Assembly: GCA_037447605.1 (NCBI GenBank)
Contig: CM074804.1
Span: forward strand, 7,045,909 to 7,109,908
Origin: Zygnema circumcarinatum SAG 698-1b
Lineage: Eukaryota > Plantae > Zygnematophyceae
DNA length: 64,000 nucleotides
Direction of reading: 5' to 3'
In this document: in pieces, positions 49,649 through 62,282 of the stretch
How the letters are laid out: each line of letters begins with the position of its first letter
Position numbering within the stretch: position 1 is the stretch's first letter
Notes under the pieces: generated by a model
Told to the model about the DNA's origin: nothing
The model's database searches: none
What the model saw: the letters and a program-made list of their open reading frames with translations, nothing else
Translations under genes and position numbers: made by a program

Positions 49649-52600
49649 ATGGGAGAGCCAGAAGAGAAAAAGATGGAGCTTGAAACAACCGGGACAGAGA
49701 ACGTGGCTGAAGCAGAGGGCTTGCGCCCAGAGACTCAGCAGGAGCCTGATAAGCAGCTGACTGGAGAGTTTTCTGAGGGAGATGACATAGCCATGACAGA
49801 TCAGCTGGCTACTGACGAAGCTGAGAATGATGGCGCGGAGATAGACGATGAGGGAATAGAGAAGACTATTGACCTTGAAGAAAAGCCAGAGGATTGTATG
49901 CTCGAAGACAATGGAGCGGGAGATGATGAGAAGGATGTCGTTGCAGAACATGCAGCAGAGGAATTTCAAAAAGATTTTCAAGCCAATGGCAAACCGTCAG
50001 TTATTGAGCCAATTCACCGCCCGCCTCATGGATCAGAGATCTTCATTGGTGGGATAGCAAGAGAAACCACTGAAGACGATTTAAAAGAGCTCTGTTCACC
50101 CATTGCTGAGATTTTTGAGGTGAGCAGTTTTCTTGATAGTTTTGTTTTTTCTGTTCATCAATTCGATGTTCAACCTTCTTTCCGTCTGCATACACGCGCC
50201 CCCCCCCCCTCTCCCGGGGCGCGGTCTCCNNNNNNNNNNCCCCCCCCCCCCCCCCCTTTTCTATGTCTGGTTAACATCCTCAGTTCAGCGACGTGGGAAT
50301 TAGAATTGCATTGAAAATTCAAGGGTGTCTCGAAATTGGCGTGACTGCAGATTCGCATTCTTAAAGATAAGGAGACGGGAGCGAACAAGGGCTATGGATT
50401 TGTAACCTTTATGAACAAGGAAAATGCAGAAAAGGCGATTGCGTCTTTGACTGATTCAGAAGTCAAGGTGAAGTTTTTCCTGCTAAACCTGCTTCTGCCA
50501 ATGTTTGCTTTTGTTAAGAATTTTAAGTTGCTCGTCTGTGAAGGCGAAATGTACTGTCCTCATCGCTCGTTCTTGTCTGCATCAAACTAGTGTGATCCAA
50601 GATTAGTCATGCTTACGGATGCCCAACCAGTGAGTGAAAATTTTGCAGGGCAAAAAAGTACGTGTCTCACACTCACAGCCGAAGAATCGCTTGTTTGTTG
50701 GTAACCTTCCGAAGACGTGGGAGAAAGAGGAGCTTGAGAAAGTGCTTAGCCAGGAAGGACCAGGCATCACTAGCATTGAACTGCTTAAGGTGAGAGGATC
50801 ACCAATAAGAATGTGTTGAAACGGGTAATTCTCAATTCGGGACATTTTATGGCCCGATATCCTCTGCGATTTATACCCTTGGGAGTTTTATCTGTTCAGT
50901 GTCGATCGACAAAATCATGTCTTCCTCCCTTAGCTGTTCATGGAGCGACATGTTACACTTTGAAATAGTTTGTCAGAATGGACTTTAAAACCATTTTTCA
51001 AGCCCTTTGATCTGCCCCCTTTTGTGGTGTTGTATCTATTTGTGGAACTTGATTATAAAGCAACAGCTTGTTGTCTAGTTACAGTAAACTGATGTCACGA
51101 ATGTCCATGTATAGTTATGTGTAGGTCTGCGGCAGTCAAGTGACTGCATGTACTTTTTGCGTTTTTGCAGTTTACTCCTTTTGTCGTCTCTTGTATTTTT
51201 TTTGCTTTCAGTCAACATGGAACGGAAATAGAGTTGAAAACAGCTTCTAGTCGGGGTTAATTTATTAGTCTCATTTGCCATTAATCAAAACAGGAATTGC
51301 TGCACCTATCATTGGCAGCAATGGGTAGACCATACGTCTCGCACAGGGGCGCAAAGTTTGGTGTTCCCACAGTCGTTGGAACCATGACTTATGTGTATTT
51401 TTATTATTTGGCAGGACCCTAATGTTCCAGCTCGGAATCGAGGCTTTGCGTTTGTGGAGTATTACAACCATGCGTGTGCGGAGCAGGCTCGGCGAAACTT
51501 GAGCAAACCCCAATTCCGGTTGGGAAGTAACCAGGCGACCATCAGCTGGGCAGATCCTCGTCCTGAGCCTAATGCTGCCGCTATGTCCACGGTAGGGGTT
51601 TCCACCCACTTGTTGTCAGCTGGCAATGCAGTCAGCGTTTTATGATGGCAATAGCTGATGTTTGTGTTCCAATTTCAACCAGTGAATGTCTCACTACTGT
51701 CCAACAGGTGTGCTTGTGTGTAACTGGCTTGACTGTGCATTGCTGAAGTTAGCTGCACAGAACTCAGTCAGTTTTTGGATATTGAACCTTCCCATTGTGA
51801 GTTGCGACGATCTCTGCATGGCAGTCACACGTTAACTTGTGGATGAGCTCGTTGGATGTATGTAGTGCTGTAAGGGAGCCGATTGCTTGCCTGTTCTATT
51901 AGCTTATGATGTAAAGGGGTCTCGATGAGACTTTTTATCTTGTGCTTTGCCCTTCTGCTGAGCTCAAGCAGGGCTACTAGCATTTGGATATGAATGACTA
52001 GCTGCCGTATCTGCTTTCCTTCCTTTTCACTTTTGCAATAGGATGATGTGCTTCACCTGTCTTGTGGTATTCAATTGAATGCTAGTCATCAACTCTAGGA
52101 CTCTGGTTGACTGCCCTTGCTCATCTCACTGGGCTACGAAAAGCTTGTGGCAGGTGAAGGTGGTTTATATCAAGGGTCTCCCCGATGGAACGACTGAGGA
52201 ACACGTAAAGGAACTGTTCGCTAAGCATGGAGAAATCACCCGCATTATGCTGCCAGCCCCTAAACCAGGACAACCTAAACGGGACTTTGGGTTTGTGCAT
52301 TTTGCTGAGCGCAGTCAAGCGCTCAAGGCAATCGAGAACGAGAAGTATGAACTACACGGTGGGTGCTGCGTAAGCAAGCATTGGCGAAGGAGTATTGGTC
52401 TTAGAGCCTGTACAGTGGAAATGCAAGTCTCGCCTTACGTCTACTCTATTCGCTTGCATGTAGCGTTTTTGAGTAGAGGGTAGCGTGAGGAACTCACACG
52501 ACCCTCTACTCATTCATTCATGACTAATCATAAATGCACATCTCATTGTCTGTACAGTTTGAGAGGCTTTTTGAGTCCTAGTGTTTCTATGCTGGTGCAT

Positions 52601-53646
52601 GCAGGAACGGCTCTTAAAGTGTCGCTCGCTAAGCCGCCGGTGGAGAAGCGACCTTCGCAGGAGTCGTATACTCAATCCTATCGGAGCGGACCTTTGCTTT
52701 CCCCATATCCCCAAAGAGCAGGAGGGACGGGAGGAGGTTATGGCTATGTCGGAGGCAGTCCCAGCCAAGGAGGCTACGAAAGGGTAAGCGGCCTGATAGA
52801 CGACAAGCATGTCAATCAAAAGCATTAAGAAGGCGATCATGCACACGTGTCAACCTTAGCAGCGCATGCTGGGCTCTATGGATTAACCTTCACAACCTCT
52901 TGGGGGCGATTGGGAGCAGAGTACAACAGCGGCGGCTCCTGGTATCTATGGGAGGGGTCCAGCACCTACTGGCATGACAATGGCGCCAATAATGCAACCT
53001 TATGGTCGAGTGGCTTATAGTGATGTACGTATTCTCGCGGTTCTCCCCGTAGCATCGTTTTGGCGGTATTAGAAAAATCTGTATGGATTTGAATGAATAA
53101 GCATTCTTGTGTCAATGGTCTACGGCGTCTTTTTGTGCGTGGGACTGCATGAGCTTTAAAAGAGCTGGCCCTTAACTTACATGGTGTAAGCTCTGCAAAT
53201 GGGATGCCATTTCTTCAAGCCTACTAAATTTTTTGAAGGGACTCTCGCTGCCACCTTTCTCAACCTTCACCAGTCGTGTAGAATTCGCATGACTGTTTTG
53301 ATAGTTGGTTCACTGACATAGTATCTATGTACGCGGTTACTATCTTATGCATTTCGGTCCTTGCTGCCCCCTGCAGTCTTCTCAAACTTGGGCTCAAGAC
53401 AGGCAGGTGTGGAGCTGCTAGGGAACAGGAGCCTGGATTTTCTCGATCTGAATGTCAAGAATGTTGATCATAGAGAGTTGAGTTCTGATACGGACTCTCT
53501 AATTGGTGGCCTTGTGTGCACAGCCAACCAGCTCTGGGAGTGGAGCAGGAGCTCCTTTCTACAGAGATGGAGCTCAGGGAGGCCGGTCGGGTGGTTCTGA
53601 ACTGTACCAGAGCAGCCCTCCAGCACGCCGCTATCGACCATATTGA
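49649..53646 (+). CDS. hnRNP Q/R-like (LIF2-class) RNA-binding protein with 3 RRMs, acidic N-terminus and PY-NLS-like C-terminus
   Basis: PPHGSEIFIGGI|...NKGYGFVTF|KNRLFVGNLPK|RNRGFAFVEYYNHACAE...ISWADPR|VKVVYIKGLP...RDFGFVHF|LKVSLAKP|IYGRGPAPTGMTMAPIM|...ARRYRPY* (TGA at 53644-53646). The exact small C-terminal exons are uncertain. Confidence 0.9.
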
Positions 53647-54742
53647 GCGGAGACGGCTTCAGGGTTGTCTGCTGATCATCTTGAGTTCTGGATGGACCCT
53701 TGTATGCTACGGGTACCAAAGTTTTGGCAGGGCAGTGAGGAATGGCCACAAAGAGCAACAAATAAGTTCTTCGCTGATGCATGCTGCTGTCGGCAGTTGG
53801 CTGTTGTACTGCCCGGCATGCATCTTGAGGCAGTCTGGGGCATTGGGTATCCACCCGGGTTCACCAATTGAAGAATTGAGAATGGGTTCCTCCTTTTAGT
53901 AAGGAAGCCATGGCGGATGAGGTCAGACCTGTGGCCGACTGCCACGGATGATGAGGATGGGAAAGGGTGGGGGGGTTGGTCGGGTGGCTGGAAGGTGAAG
54001 GGATAAAGGCGAGGATCGAGGGAGAGAGTTGTCCGTGGCGGTAGAGGTTCGCATCTCGTTGTGCTATTCTGCTTCTAGAACACACGTGCTAGGTGGAAAG
54101 GTAATCCATTCTGGCAACCTCGCCAGCTTGTGGAAGTAAGTTTGGCAACATGTTTGTTCACTCGCCGTGAATAACAAAAAACTTGACTCAAATGTCGACC
54201 CACAATACTAGCAAGTGGGGCGCATGCAGTTGGAAATGATTTCTGGAAAACATTGATAGAATAACACATGTCACTTCACTTATTATTTTCCTACATTGGC
54301 ATATATGTCTCAGTTCGGCCATTCAATGGCCGCATAGCTCAGCCCAGCCCGGAGCATGCGCACGCTGATCTGCGATATGTCTCGTGAATGCAACTCCACC
54401 TATACAGGCTCGAAGTTATCCCTTCGTTATTTTGCATTTAGAGGCTTTCAGGAGGAGACTGGCTTCCACCATGTGAAGAGTCACAGGCCCTTTCCTCAGT
54501 CCGGACAATGGGGACAGCCCTTCGGCTGGGAACACAACAGGATATTTGAAAGAAACAATTTATTCACAACTTTTTTGAAAGAAAAAAAGGAAGTTACAGA
54601 AGAAGATTTGAGTCAGCCAAGATACATATTTACACCCTCATATACAAACGCTGAATGCACAAATGCTGAATGCTACGCTCCACTTGACCTACCCCTTCGG
54701 TTATACTAACACTGCCTATACACATGACGGTAAGTGGCTCGA

Positions 54743-55924
54743 TTAAACCTGCATGACAGCACAGCCCATAACCCAAGAGCCATCTCGCCAGTGCTTTGAG
54801 GCAGTTTTCTTCCACTCAGACTGACCAAAATTCACATGAAGGTTGAGGTCATACACTGCTACCTGCAAAGGGTTTGGTCCCTGGAAACCATGCCGCTTCC
54901 TTATAGCACGTGGATGCTCATTACCAACCAGAAAAATCTGCTCACCAATTACAACCAGCTCTCTGGGATGCGCAACAGGCCCAGGCTTCTCCGTGGTCCA
55001 ATCGCCCAGAGTGCACAAAATGCCGCGGTTCCTCAAACACACTTTGTATTTGTAAGAAGGCCAGAGATTCTGTAAAACACAAACCCTATTTCCAGGAGCT
55101 GCAACAACCTTTGTAGGACGGTCTGGAAGGGGAGGACCACTGATGGCTGTCCACTCACGTAGATCGCGGTCATAAGCTTCTGCTAAAGCGGAAGCATCCT
55201 CTGAAAGAATTGTGAACTTGTTGTCAAGGAGAAGGCCAAAGTCTGGGCCTCGAAGCCTGTGCAAGTGCGTGTCTGGTAGACGACACCATCGGTCTCTTGC
55301 TGGATCATATACTTCGGCATTGAGAGTTCTGTCACGCACATAACTGTTAGCATTGAAGTATATTCCTCCTGCAACATAAATTTTACCTTCCAAAATTCCC
55401 GATGCAAAGAGAAATCGCGGAGAATGCATGTTAGCTACTCGCTCCCAACTGTCCAGCAAGAGCTCGTAGCGGAAGACACTCTTCAGACACCTATCATGAC
55501 CATCTTGCCGGCGATCAAAACCGCCTAGTAGATAGAGCTGGCTGTCAATTGCTGCCAATCCAAAGCCATTCATCGCCTCGCTGCGGTCTGCACCCTCCAT
55601 CTGCGTCAGGCTCTGCGGTAGCTGTCTGAGAAGTTGCCATCTTTCTGCGGCTGGTTCATATGCCAACAAATGCAGCACTCCAATCTTTACGTCTTCCACA
55701 AGTATGAGAAGGCACGGCTGCAATAGCCCTAGTCTCCTCCGAGACTCGCGGAGCTCGCCGCTCCTTACAAGATCACGCCAAGCCCTAGAGACCTGCGCCA
55801 ATACCCTGTAATACGTTCCTGGTATAAGAGCTAAGCAGTGCATAGCCAGGTCCGCCTTTAATCCGGGAATCAGGTCGGGCTCACATGCAGCAAACTCAGG
55901 AACGTAATTTCGGCCCCTCTCCAT
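54743..55924 (-). CDS. F-box/kelch-repeat protein (intronless, 393 aa)
   Basis: N-terminal F-box-like LIPGLKADLAMHCLALIP...VSRAWRDLVRS and kelch repeats with GG...W signatures (LYLLGG...YELLLDSWERVANM; IYVAGG...EVYDPARDRW). Confidence 0.88.
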   Translation of the reverse strand: MERGRNYVPEFAACEPDLIPGLKADLAMHCLALIPGTYYRVLAQVSRAWRDLVRSGELRESRRRLGLLQPCLLILVEDVKIGVLHLLAYEPAAERWQLLRQLPQSLTQMEGADRSEAMNGFGLAAIDSQLYLLGGFDRRQDGHDRCLKSVFRYELLLDSWERVANMHSPRFLFASGILEGKIYVAGGIYFNANSYVRDRTLNAEVYDPARDRWCRLPDTHLHRLRGPDFGLLLDNKFTILSEDASALAEAYDRDLREWTAISGPPLPDRPTKVVAAPGNRVCVLQNLWPSYKYKVCLRNRGILCTLGDWTTEKPGPVAHPRELVVIGEQIFLVGNEHPRAIRKRHGFQGPNPLQVAVYDLNLHVNFGQSEWKKTASKHWRDGSWVMGCAVMQV

Positions 55925-56136
55925 GGCTGCCTTTCTCCTGATTCTCCACTCTCAAATTCCCTGCTGCTCCCGACCCCCCTCTCACCTCCTTCCCATCTTC
56001 CCCCCTTCCCTGGCCTACTTCGAAATTAATCCATGGTGGATGAGACCCGAAGAAATTGAGAGTAGAGGAAGTGGTAAAAAGGCATCCCGCGGGACTACCG
56101 CCCCCGCCAGAAATTCTTCAATGCCAGCGTCCCTCA

Positions 56137-56144
56137 ATTTATAG
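56137..56144 (-). promoter_or_regulatory. Candidate TATA box (CTATAAAT) of the F-box/kelch gene
   Basis: The minus strand reads CTATAAAT about 215 bp upstream of the ATG, followed by a purine-rich leader. Confidence 0.45.
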
Positions 56145-56912
56145 GACGCTGCGCTGCACTGATCTTGAGTCTGCCACCACACGTACAGCTTCTGTGCAGC
56201 TCAGTTCAATCAGAATCTTGAAAAAATGTGACTGCGACAAGAGGCCTCCTTCTGTACATGGAAACACGGAAAGCTCGTATTGTGTCCTTGTGTTCGACAG
56301 CGCTTCTTTTGTGCAGAGGAAGGGGGGTTTGGACGGAGAGAGAGGAGTGAAAACGAAAGAGTGAAATTGGCATTGATCTGACAATGGCGACGCTAATCAA
56401 ACGTACATGGAGAAAGGCTGTATGTGGAATCGGTTGAATCGATCCCAAGAGAAATTGGAAACCAAAAAAGGACTATCAGTGGATCGCTGCTTCTAGGCCC
56501 GACAACACAAATGGCTCTAAAGCAGTCGGTGCGTGTACTGCAGCCATAATACTCCTTTACTTGAAAAAAACATGTGAAGAGAATAGCAAAACAGAGATAT
56601 TTGGAGAAAGTTTGTAAGCGGCACTGCAGTTTGAAAGCATCAAAAGCTGCATTTTAACATGAATCATCAGTTTTCTGACTGCAATGCAAGTGATCCTGAA
56701 AAGCCTCAAAGGCTCCTGAAATGACACCCCCTCCCTCTCTAACTTGCTGCAGGATCCTTTACCCCAGCCCCACGGCTGCACCCTCTCCTACCAGTGACAA
56801 CAAACAGGGCACAAAATATTTCATGAATGGTCTGAAACGTAAAACAGAAATACATCGTGTTTTAAAAAATCACCAACATAATAAGGTAAGAAGCCCTACA
56901 GACGCTATTGGA

Positions 56913-56916
<4 letters not shown>

Positions 56917-56972
<56 letters not shown>

Positions 56973-56973
56973 C
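56917..56973. repeat. (TGCC)13 tetranucleotide microsatellite
   Basis: Perfect TGCC run read directly from the sequence. Confidence 0.95.
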
Positions 56974-57484
56974 TTGCACCAATCCAATCGAATAATTAAA
57001 ATATCCTTACAAAAAAATAAATAAAAATGAAGAAATTTCTTGTCGCCTTCAATCCCTTGCACATCAAATTGTATGCGCAAAAGACGCAAACAATCCGCCC
57101 TCAACCGGTCAACATATTGGTCCAGTTCAGTGAAAGGAAGATCTTCTGAAGAAAACGAAGATCTTCAGAGTTCAGTTGCCGTCCCACCGCTTCCTCTGAT
57201 GCAAAGCACATATAAGATGCATGCACCGCTTCCCCCTGCTTTTATTGTTGCACTTTTGAGCGATTCCAAGCCCCCACAGCGCTTGCTTGTAAGCCAACAA
57301 TGGGAGGGAGAGATTATTAAAGTTATTCATCCCACGCCTCCGCTCCTTTGCAACCAGAAAAGTAGTAGATACAAAACATCTGCCCAGCTTATGTTGAGTG
57401 GCTCCTGGCCCCTTCTCTGCCGGTAACCCTCCAACGCTCAACATACCCAGGCAGGGGGAGATTAGGGTTTGCCATCTTCCCTTT

Positions 57485-60400
57485 CTACCTCCCCTCTTGC
57501 AGGCGGTCCGAGAGGTCCACCCCCCCTCCATGCTCCAACTCTCCGCTGAACTCATGCATGGGAGGCGGCGCTTGCCCCCCCTTGGAGCCGAGCGTCCATG
57601 GCATGCGCTGCGGCAGGGAGGGCATTCTGGAAGGCGGCGGTTTGGGCATCCCAGGGGGCAACTCTCCGCTGTTCTTGAGAGGGCCAGAATAGAGATACTC
57701 TCCGCTGCTGTTGGTGCTGGAGGCGCCATACTCCACCGCTTCCGACCCTGAGCTTGTCTGCTGCTGCTGCTGCTGCTCCTGCGTCTGCCTCGCCTGCACC
57801 GCCGCACTGCCGTTCTTCGCCTCTCCCTGCACCTCATCACCGCCACCACCCCCCATTGTCGGCCCCTTTTCCTGCAGTGCTGCAGTGCTCCCTCCCCTCC
57901 CCTCCCCTCCCCTCCCCCCCCCTTCCCTCCCCTTCCCTTCCCTCCCACACTCTCTCCTTCCCTCCTCTCTCTCCTCGCACCTGGTCAGGCGGCGGCGGGG
58001 CAGTATACTGGCGGCGCATGTCGGCGGAGTACTGGTCGAGGTCGAAGTCCTGCGTGCCGCCGAACATGAGCGCGGACCCGCCCTCGAACTCCGCGCTTGA
58101 CCCGGGGGGGGCCGAACTGCCCGGGAGGCTCTCCATGCTGCCGCCGCCCTCCAGGAAACGGACCACCTGCAGCCCCCCCTCGCTCGCACTCAGAGAGAGA
58201 GCGGGATGTCGGTCTCCCTACTACTTCTTCTTCTTCTTCTTCAACGCCTTATCTCTCTCTCTTCCAGCCTACCAGACTCTTCTCCCTCTCCTCCCTCGCT
58301 TTCTTCTGGCAAGCACATACCGTAGACATTGCAGGCCTCCGAGCGGCAGAATAGCGAACACAGAGAGCAGCCATGGCCACCATCCGCTCCATCTCTGCTG
58401 CGTCGAACTTCCCCTCCAATCGGGGGTCCACCAGCTCCTCTGTGCGCTGTGCCGCTAGAATCCCACGCGCCTGCAATCCCCCAACAAACCCTAAACCTCT
58501 CGTCACCACAACAACCTTCCAATACCTCCATGCTTGCCCTTCCCTTCTCTCTGTTAGCCTCCAGCTCTTGTCTGGCAACCCTAGGACAGTCCCTAACCCC
58601 CTGCAAAACCCTGACATGCCCTGAACCCTATGAAGTCGCACCCATTCAACGAGGCTCTCCTGCCCGGGCGGCTGGTTTGTGTCCACTGGGCGGCGCCCTG
58701 AGATGAGCTCCAAAAGGACCACTCCGAAGCTGTACACGTCCGACTTGTCGGTCAGCTTTCCGCTCATAGCGTACTCCGGGGCGAGGTAGCTGCAGAGATT
58801 AGGGTTCGGGTTTTAGGGTTGGAATCAAATACAAGATTAGGGGTTGTAAGTTTTGTGCAAGCAATGGTTCTTTTGAGGAATGTGTGCATTTCCACAATGT
58901 GTGGTGGCAGACAGTGGCTTCGAGTCAGGTTTTGGAAGTCTTTATGGAGTGTGAGAATTAGACTGAGGGGGTTCTTTTCGCTGGATGCTACTGCCAGCTG
59001 CTGACTAAGGCGGCTGCATTACTTGAAAAGTAAAAGGTTGTCATGCAATGTCCACTGTCAAAGTTCAAAAGGAAACAAAAGAAGCGAAGAGAAGTGAAGG
59101 AGATTTACCCAAAAGTGCCCATCACTCGAGTGGTTACATGTGTGAAAGTATCGGAAGCGAGCTTTGCCAGTCCAAAATCCGCCAGCTGTAAAGTCCTCCA
59201 AACCGCCGTTTCAGCATACAAAAGATTAAAATATTGAAGAAACAACAATCTTGACATTGACGGAAAGGAAGAAAACAGGAGAGGAAAATAAACAAATGTA
59301 AGCCTCCTCGTCCCTCCTCCCTCTCCCTCCCATCCTCACCTGTGCTTCGTGGTTTGAGTTCAGGAGAATGTTGGAGGACTTTATGTCGCGATGAAAGATG
59401 CGCGGATGACCTTCAAAAACGAAAACGACCAAAAACAAGAAGAAACATTCGTTCAGCAAACGGCTCCATCCCATTCTGATCGTTTGTTCGGAGCCTTGAC
59501 ACCTCCCCTACATGCAGCCCTGCAAGAAACCACCCACTTCCCTATTCCCCATTTCCAAAAGGGAAGGAAAGCAGAGCGCGCTCACAGTCTTCATGGAGAT
59601 ACGCGAGCCCTTTGGCGGCTCCAATCGCCACTCTGAGGCGCAGTGGCCAATCCATCACAAGTGCGTCATCTGTCCAACCCTAAAATCCTATCAGGCCTCG
59701 CCTCTTTGTGCATAGCAAACCTCCAAAAAAACCTGAAGACAACAGATGCAAAGCCCCCACAAACGCCCCTTCCCTCCCCCTCCCCCCTCCCCACTCCCCC
59801 TTTCCCATTCCCGCCTCCCCCCTCCTCCCTCCCCCCCTCCCCCCCTCCCCCCATTCCCCTCCCCCATCCCCCCTCCCCCTTCCCCCCTCCCCCATCCTCC
59901 CTCCCTCCCTCCCCCCATTCCCCTCCGACCTTCTCCCATTTCCCTCCCCCCTCCCTCCTCCCCCCCCTCCCCCCCTCCCCATTCCCTCCCCCCTCCCCCC
60001 TCCCCCATCCTCCCTCCTCCCTCCTCCCTCCTCCCTCCTCCCTCCTCCCTCCTCCCTCCCCCCCTCCCCATTCCCTCCCCCCTCCCCCCTCCCCCTCCCC
60101 CTCTCACCATGCAGCGCCGCCTCGAGCGTGCCGTTGGGCACGAACTCGTAGACGAGCAGGCGCTGGTCGTTGGCGATGCAGTACCCGAAGAGCGTGACCA
60201 GGTGGCGGTGGTGCACGCGCGAGATGGTCTCCACCTCCGCGCGGAACTCGCGCTCGCCCTGCCCCCCCCCCACCGTCAGCGCCTTCACCGCCGCCTCGCG
60301 CCCGTCCTTCAGCCGCCCGCGGTAGACCTTCCCGAACCCGCCCTCGCCCAGCTTCTGCTCGGCCGCAAAGCCGCCGGTCGCGGCGTAGAGCTCGCTGTAA

Positions 60401-62282
60401 GAGAACCACGAGTCGGTGTTGGGGTTGGAGCTGAAGGGAGAGGAGGCGGCGGGGGTGGAGGCAGTGGAGGAGGCGCCGCGGGAGGGGAGGGGAGGGGGAG
60501 GGAGAGAGGGAGGAGGGGAAGGGTTGGAGGGTTTCATGGGAGGGATGAAACGACCCGATTCAAGGTCGCTGCCTCGGTGGCTGCCAGCTGCAGAGGAGAG
60601 AGATAGAGCGCGAGGGGGAGAGAGAGAGAGAGAGGAGGGGGGGGGATGAGTTTGCGTTTACGAGAGCAGTGAAGCTTATATGTGCCCCTAAATTGGAATT
60701 CATTCAATACCCGCTTTGAAGAAAAGCCCTTTTTGCCCTGAAGAAAGGGCAGCATCGCGCACATCAAAGCAAGCGGGTGTTGACTTAGGGTTTGATTCCA
60801 GGCAAGATGGGCTATTCACAAGATTCTCTGCTCCTACGTAACCGACTAACAATGAAAGCTTCATAATGTTTCCTAAAATATCTGGACCAAGTCTACCTAG
60901 ATTAAGTTTCCGGTTGCACATTTTCAATAGCTCCCACCAAACAGATGCGCCCTTATTTCAGAAGGCTTTCAGAATAAGAATGGAGGGCAGGTTTGCTTCC
61001 TCTCCCTTGGCATAAAAAACACATTGCATTCACCAATAAGGATGAAGGTGGGCCCAAAACTCCAAAGTGAGGCCTAGAGAGAGAGAGAGAACCCCCATTC
61101 CATTTACTGTCCTTCAAATCAACAAAACACCGCCCCTTCAAACCAACAAAAAAGCGAAACCAAAAATGAAAAAACGAAACGACATAGTTCGATTTGAAAT
61201 TTCTGAAGTACCGAGTAACCCATTTTTGTTCTTTTTCTTCGGCCTCTCTCCTCACCTTTGGCCGCCCCATCTCCCGAATTTGCGTCGTCGAAAGATGTTG
61301 CGGAGTAGCCATTTTTCTTCCGCGAAAAGAATCCGCAAAAGCAGAGAAGGAGGAACCCTAATGCCACTGCGAAGACGACGCCGCCTCCAGCAGCTGCTGC
61401 CACAATGACGCCTGTGGAGAGGCCTCCTCCAGAGAGGGGAGGGGGAGGGGGAGGGGGGAGATAAAGAGGGGGAGGGAAGGGGGGAGAGAGGAGAGGGGAT
61501 GGTGGGGGAGGGGGGAAGACGAATCCGGGTGGTAGCGGAGAGGAGGGGGGAGGGAAGGGAGGGGGGGAAGAAGGAGAGGGAGAGGGGGGGGGAAGGAACG
61601 GAGGGGAGGAAGGAGTGAGGGAGGGGGAGGGAGGTGGAGGGGAAACGGGAAGGGTGTCAGGGGAGGGAGAAGGTGAGGGGGCGGGGGTGCCAGACGGAGG
61701 AGGAGGAGCGGGAGGGGGAGGCTCGGAGGTGGGCACTGGAGCAGGAGAGGGAGAGACGGAGGGAGGAAGTGCAGGGGGAGGGATAGAGGGAGAGGGAGCA
61801 GGGGAGGTTACAGGGGGCGGGGGAGCAGGGGAGGTTACAGGGGGCGGGGAAGCAGGGGAAGAGGCAGAGGGAGAGGCAGCAGGAGGAGAGACAGATGGAG
61901 AGGGACCAGGAAATGGGGCAGAGATGGGGGGAGCAGGAGGAGGGAGAGAGGGAGAGGAAGCAGGGGAAGAAGCTGGAGAGGCCATAGGAGGACTTAGTGG
62001 GTTGAGAGTAGGGGTGGGGGCAGGAGCGCTTGGATTAGATGACGGAGCAGTGGTGGGTGGTAAGGACGTCGGGACGACGGGAGAGATGGTGGGAAGGGGG
62101 GGGGTGGCGGCAGGACTAGGGCCGGCAGGAGAGGTCGAGGGGGAGGGACTAAGCGCAGGAGGAAAGAGGGGAGGAGGCAGGGAGGCGGAGGGAAAGGAGG
62201 AGGGCAAGGGTGAGCCTGTGGGAGAGGGACCAGTGGGAGAGGAGGCAGGCGAAGCCGCTGGCGCTTGCGGAGAGTCCGCCAT
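57485..62282 (-). CDS. PERK: Proline-rich extensin-like receptor kinase (PERK-type RLK)
   Basis: [12 protein letters not shown]... Pro/Ser-rich ectodomain with no signal peptide and SPPPP motifs, then [31 protein letters not shown]. The kinase reads [13 protein letters not shown]...[12 protein letters not shown]...[23 protein letters not shown]|...[12 protein letters not shown]|[16 protein letters not shown]|LADFGLAKL...[11 protein letters not shown]|[23 protein letters not shown], followed by a PERK-like tail (YSADMRR, EYGASS). Confidence 0.92.
59770..60105. repeat. About 330-bp G-rich (sense strand) low-complexity intron tract in PERK
   Basis: Almost pure (CCCCT/CCT)n on the plus strand, between the ...ALHG and DDALVMDW kinase exons. 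Confidence 0.9.

Noticed and set aside
54743-55924. Intronless F-box/kelch gene as a retrogene or horizontal transfer
   Set aside because: Plant F-box/kelch genes are commonly intronless, and no poly(A) remnant or target-site duplication was seen.
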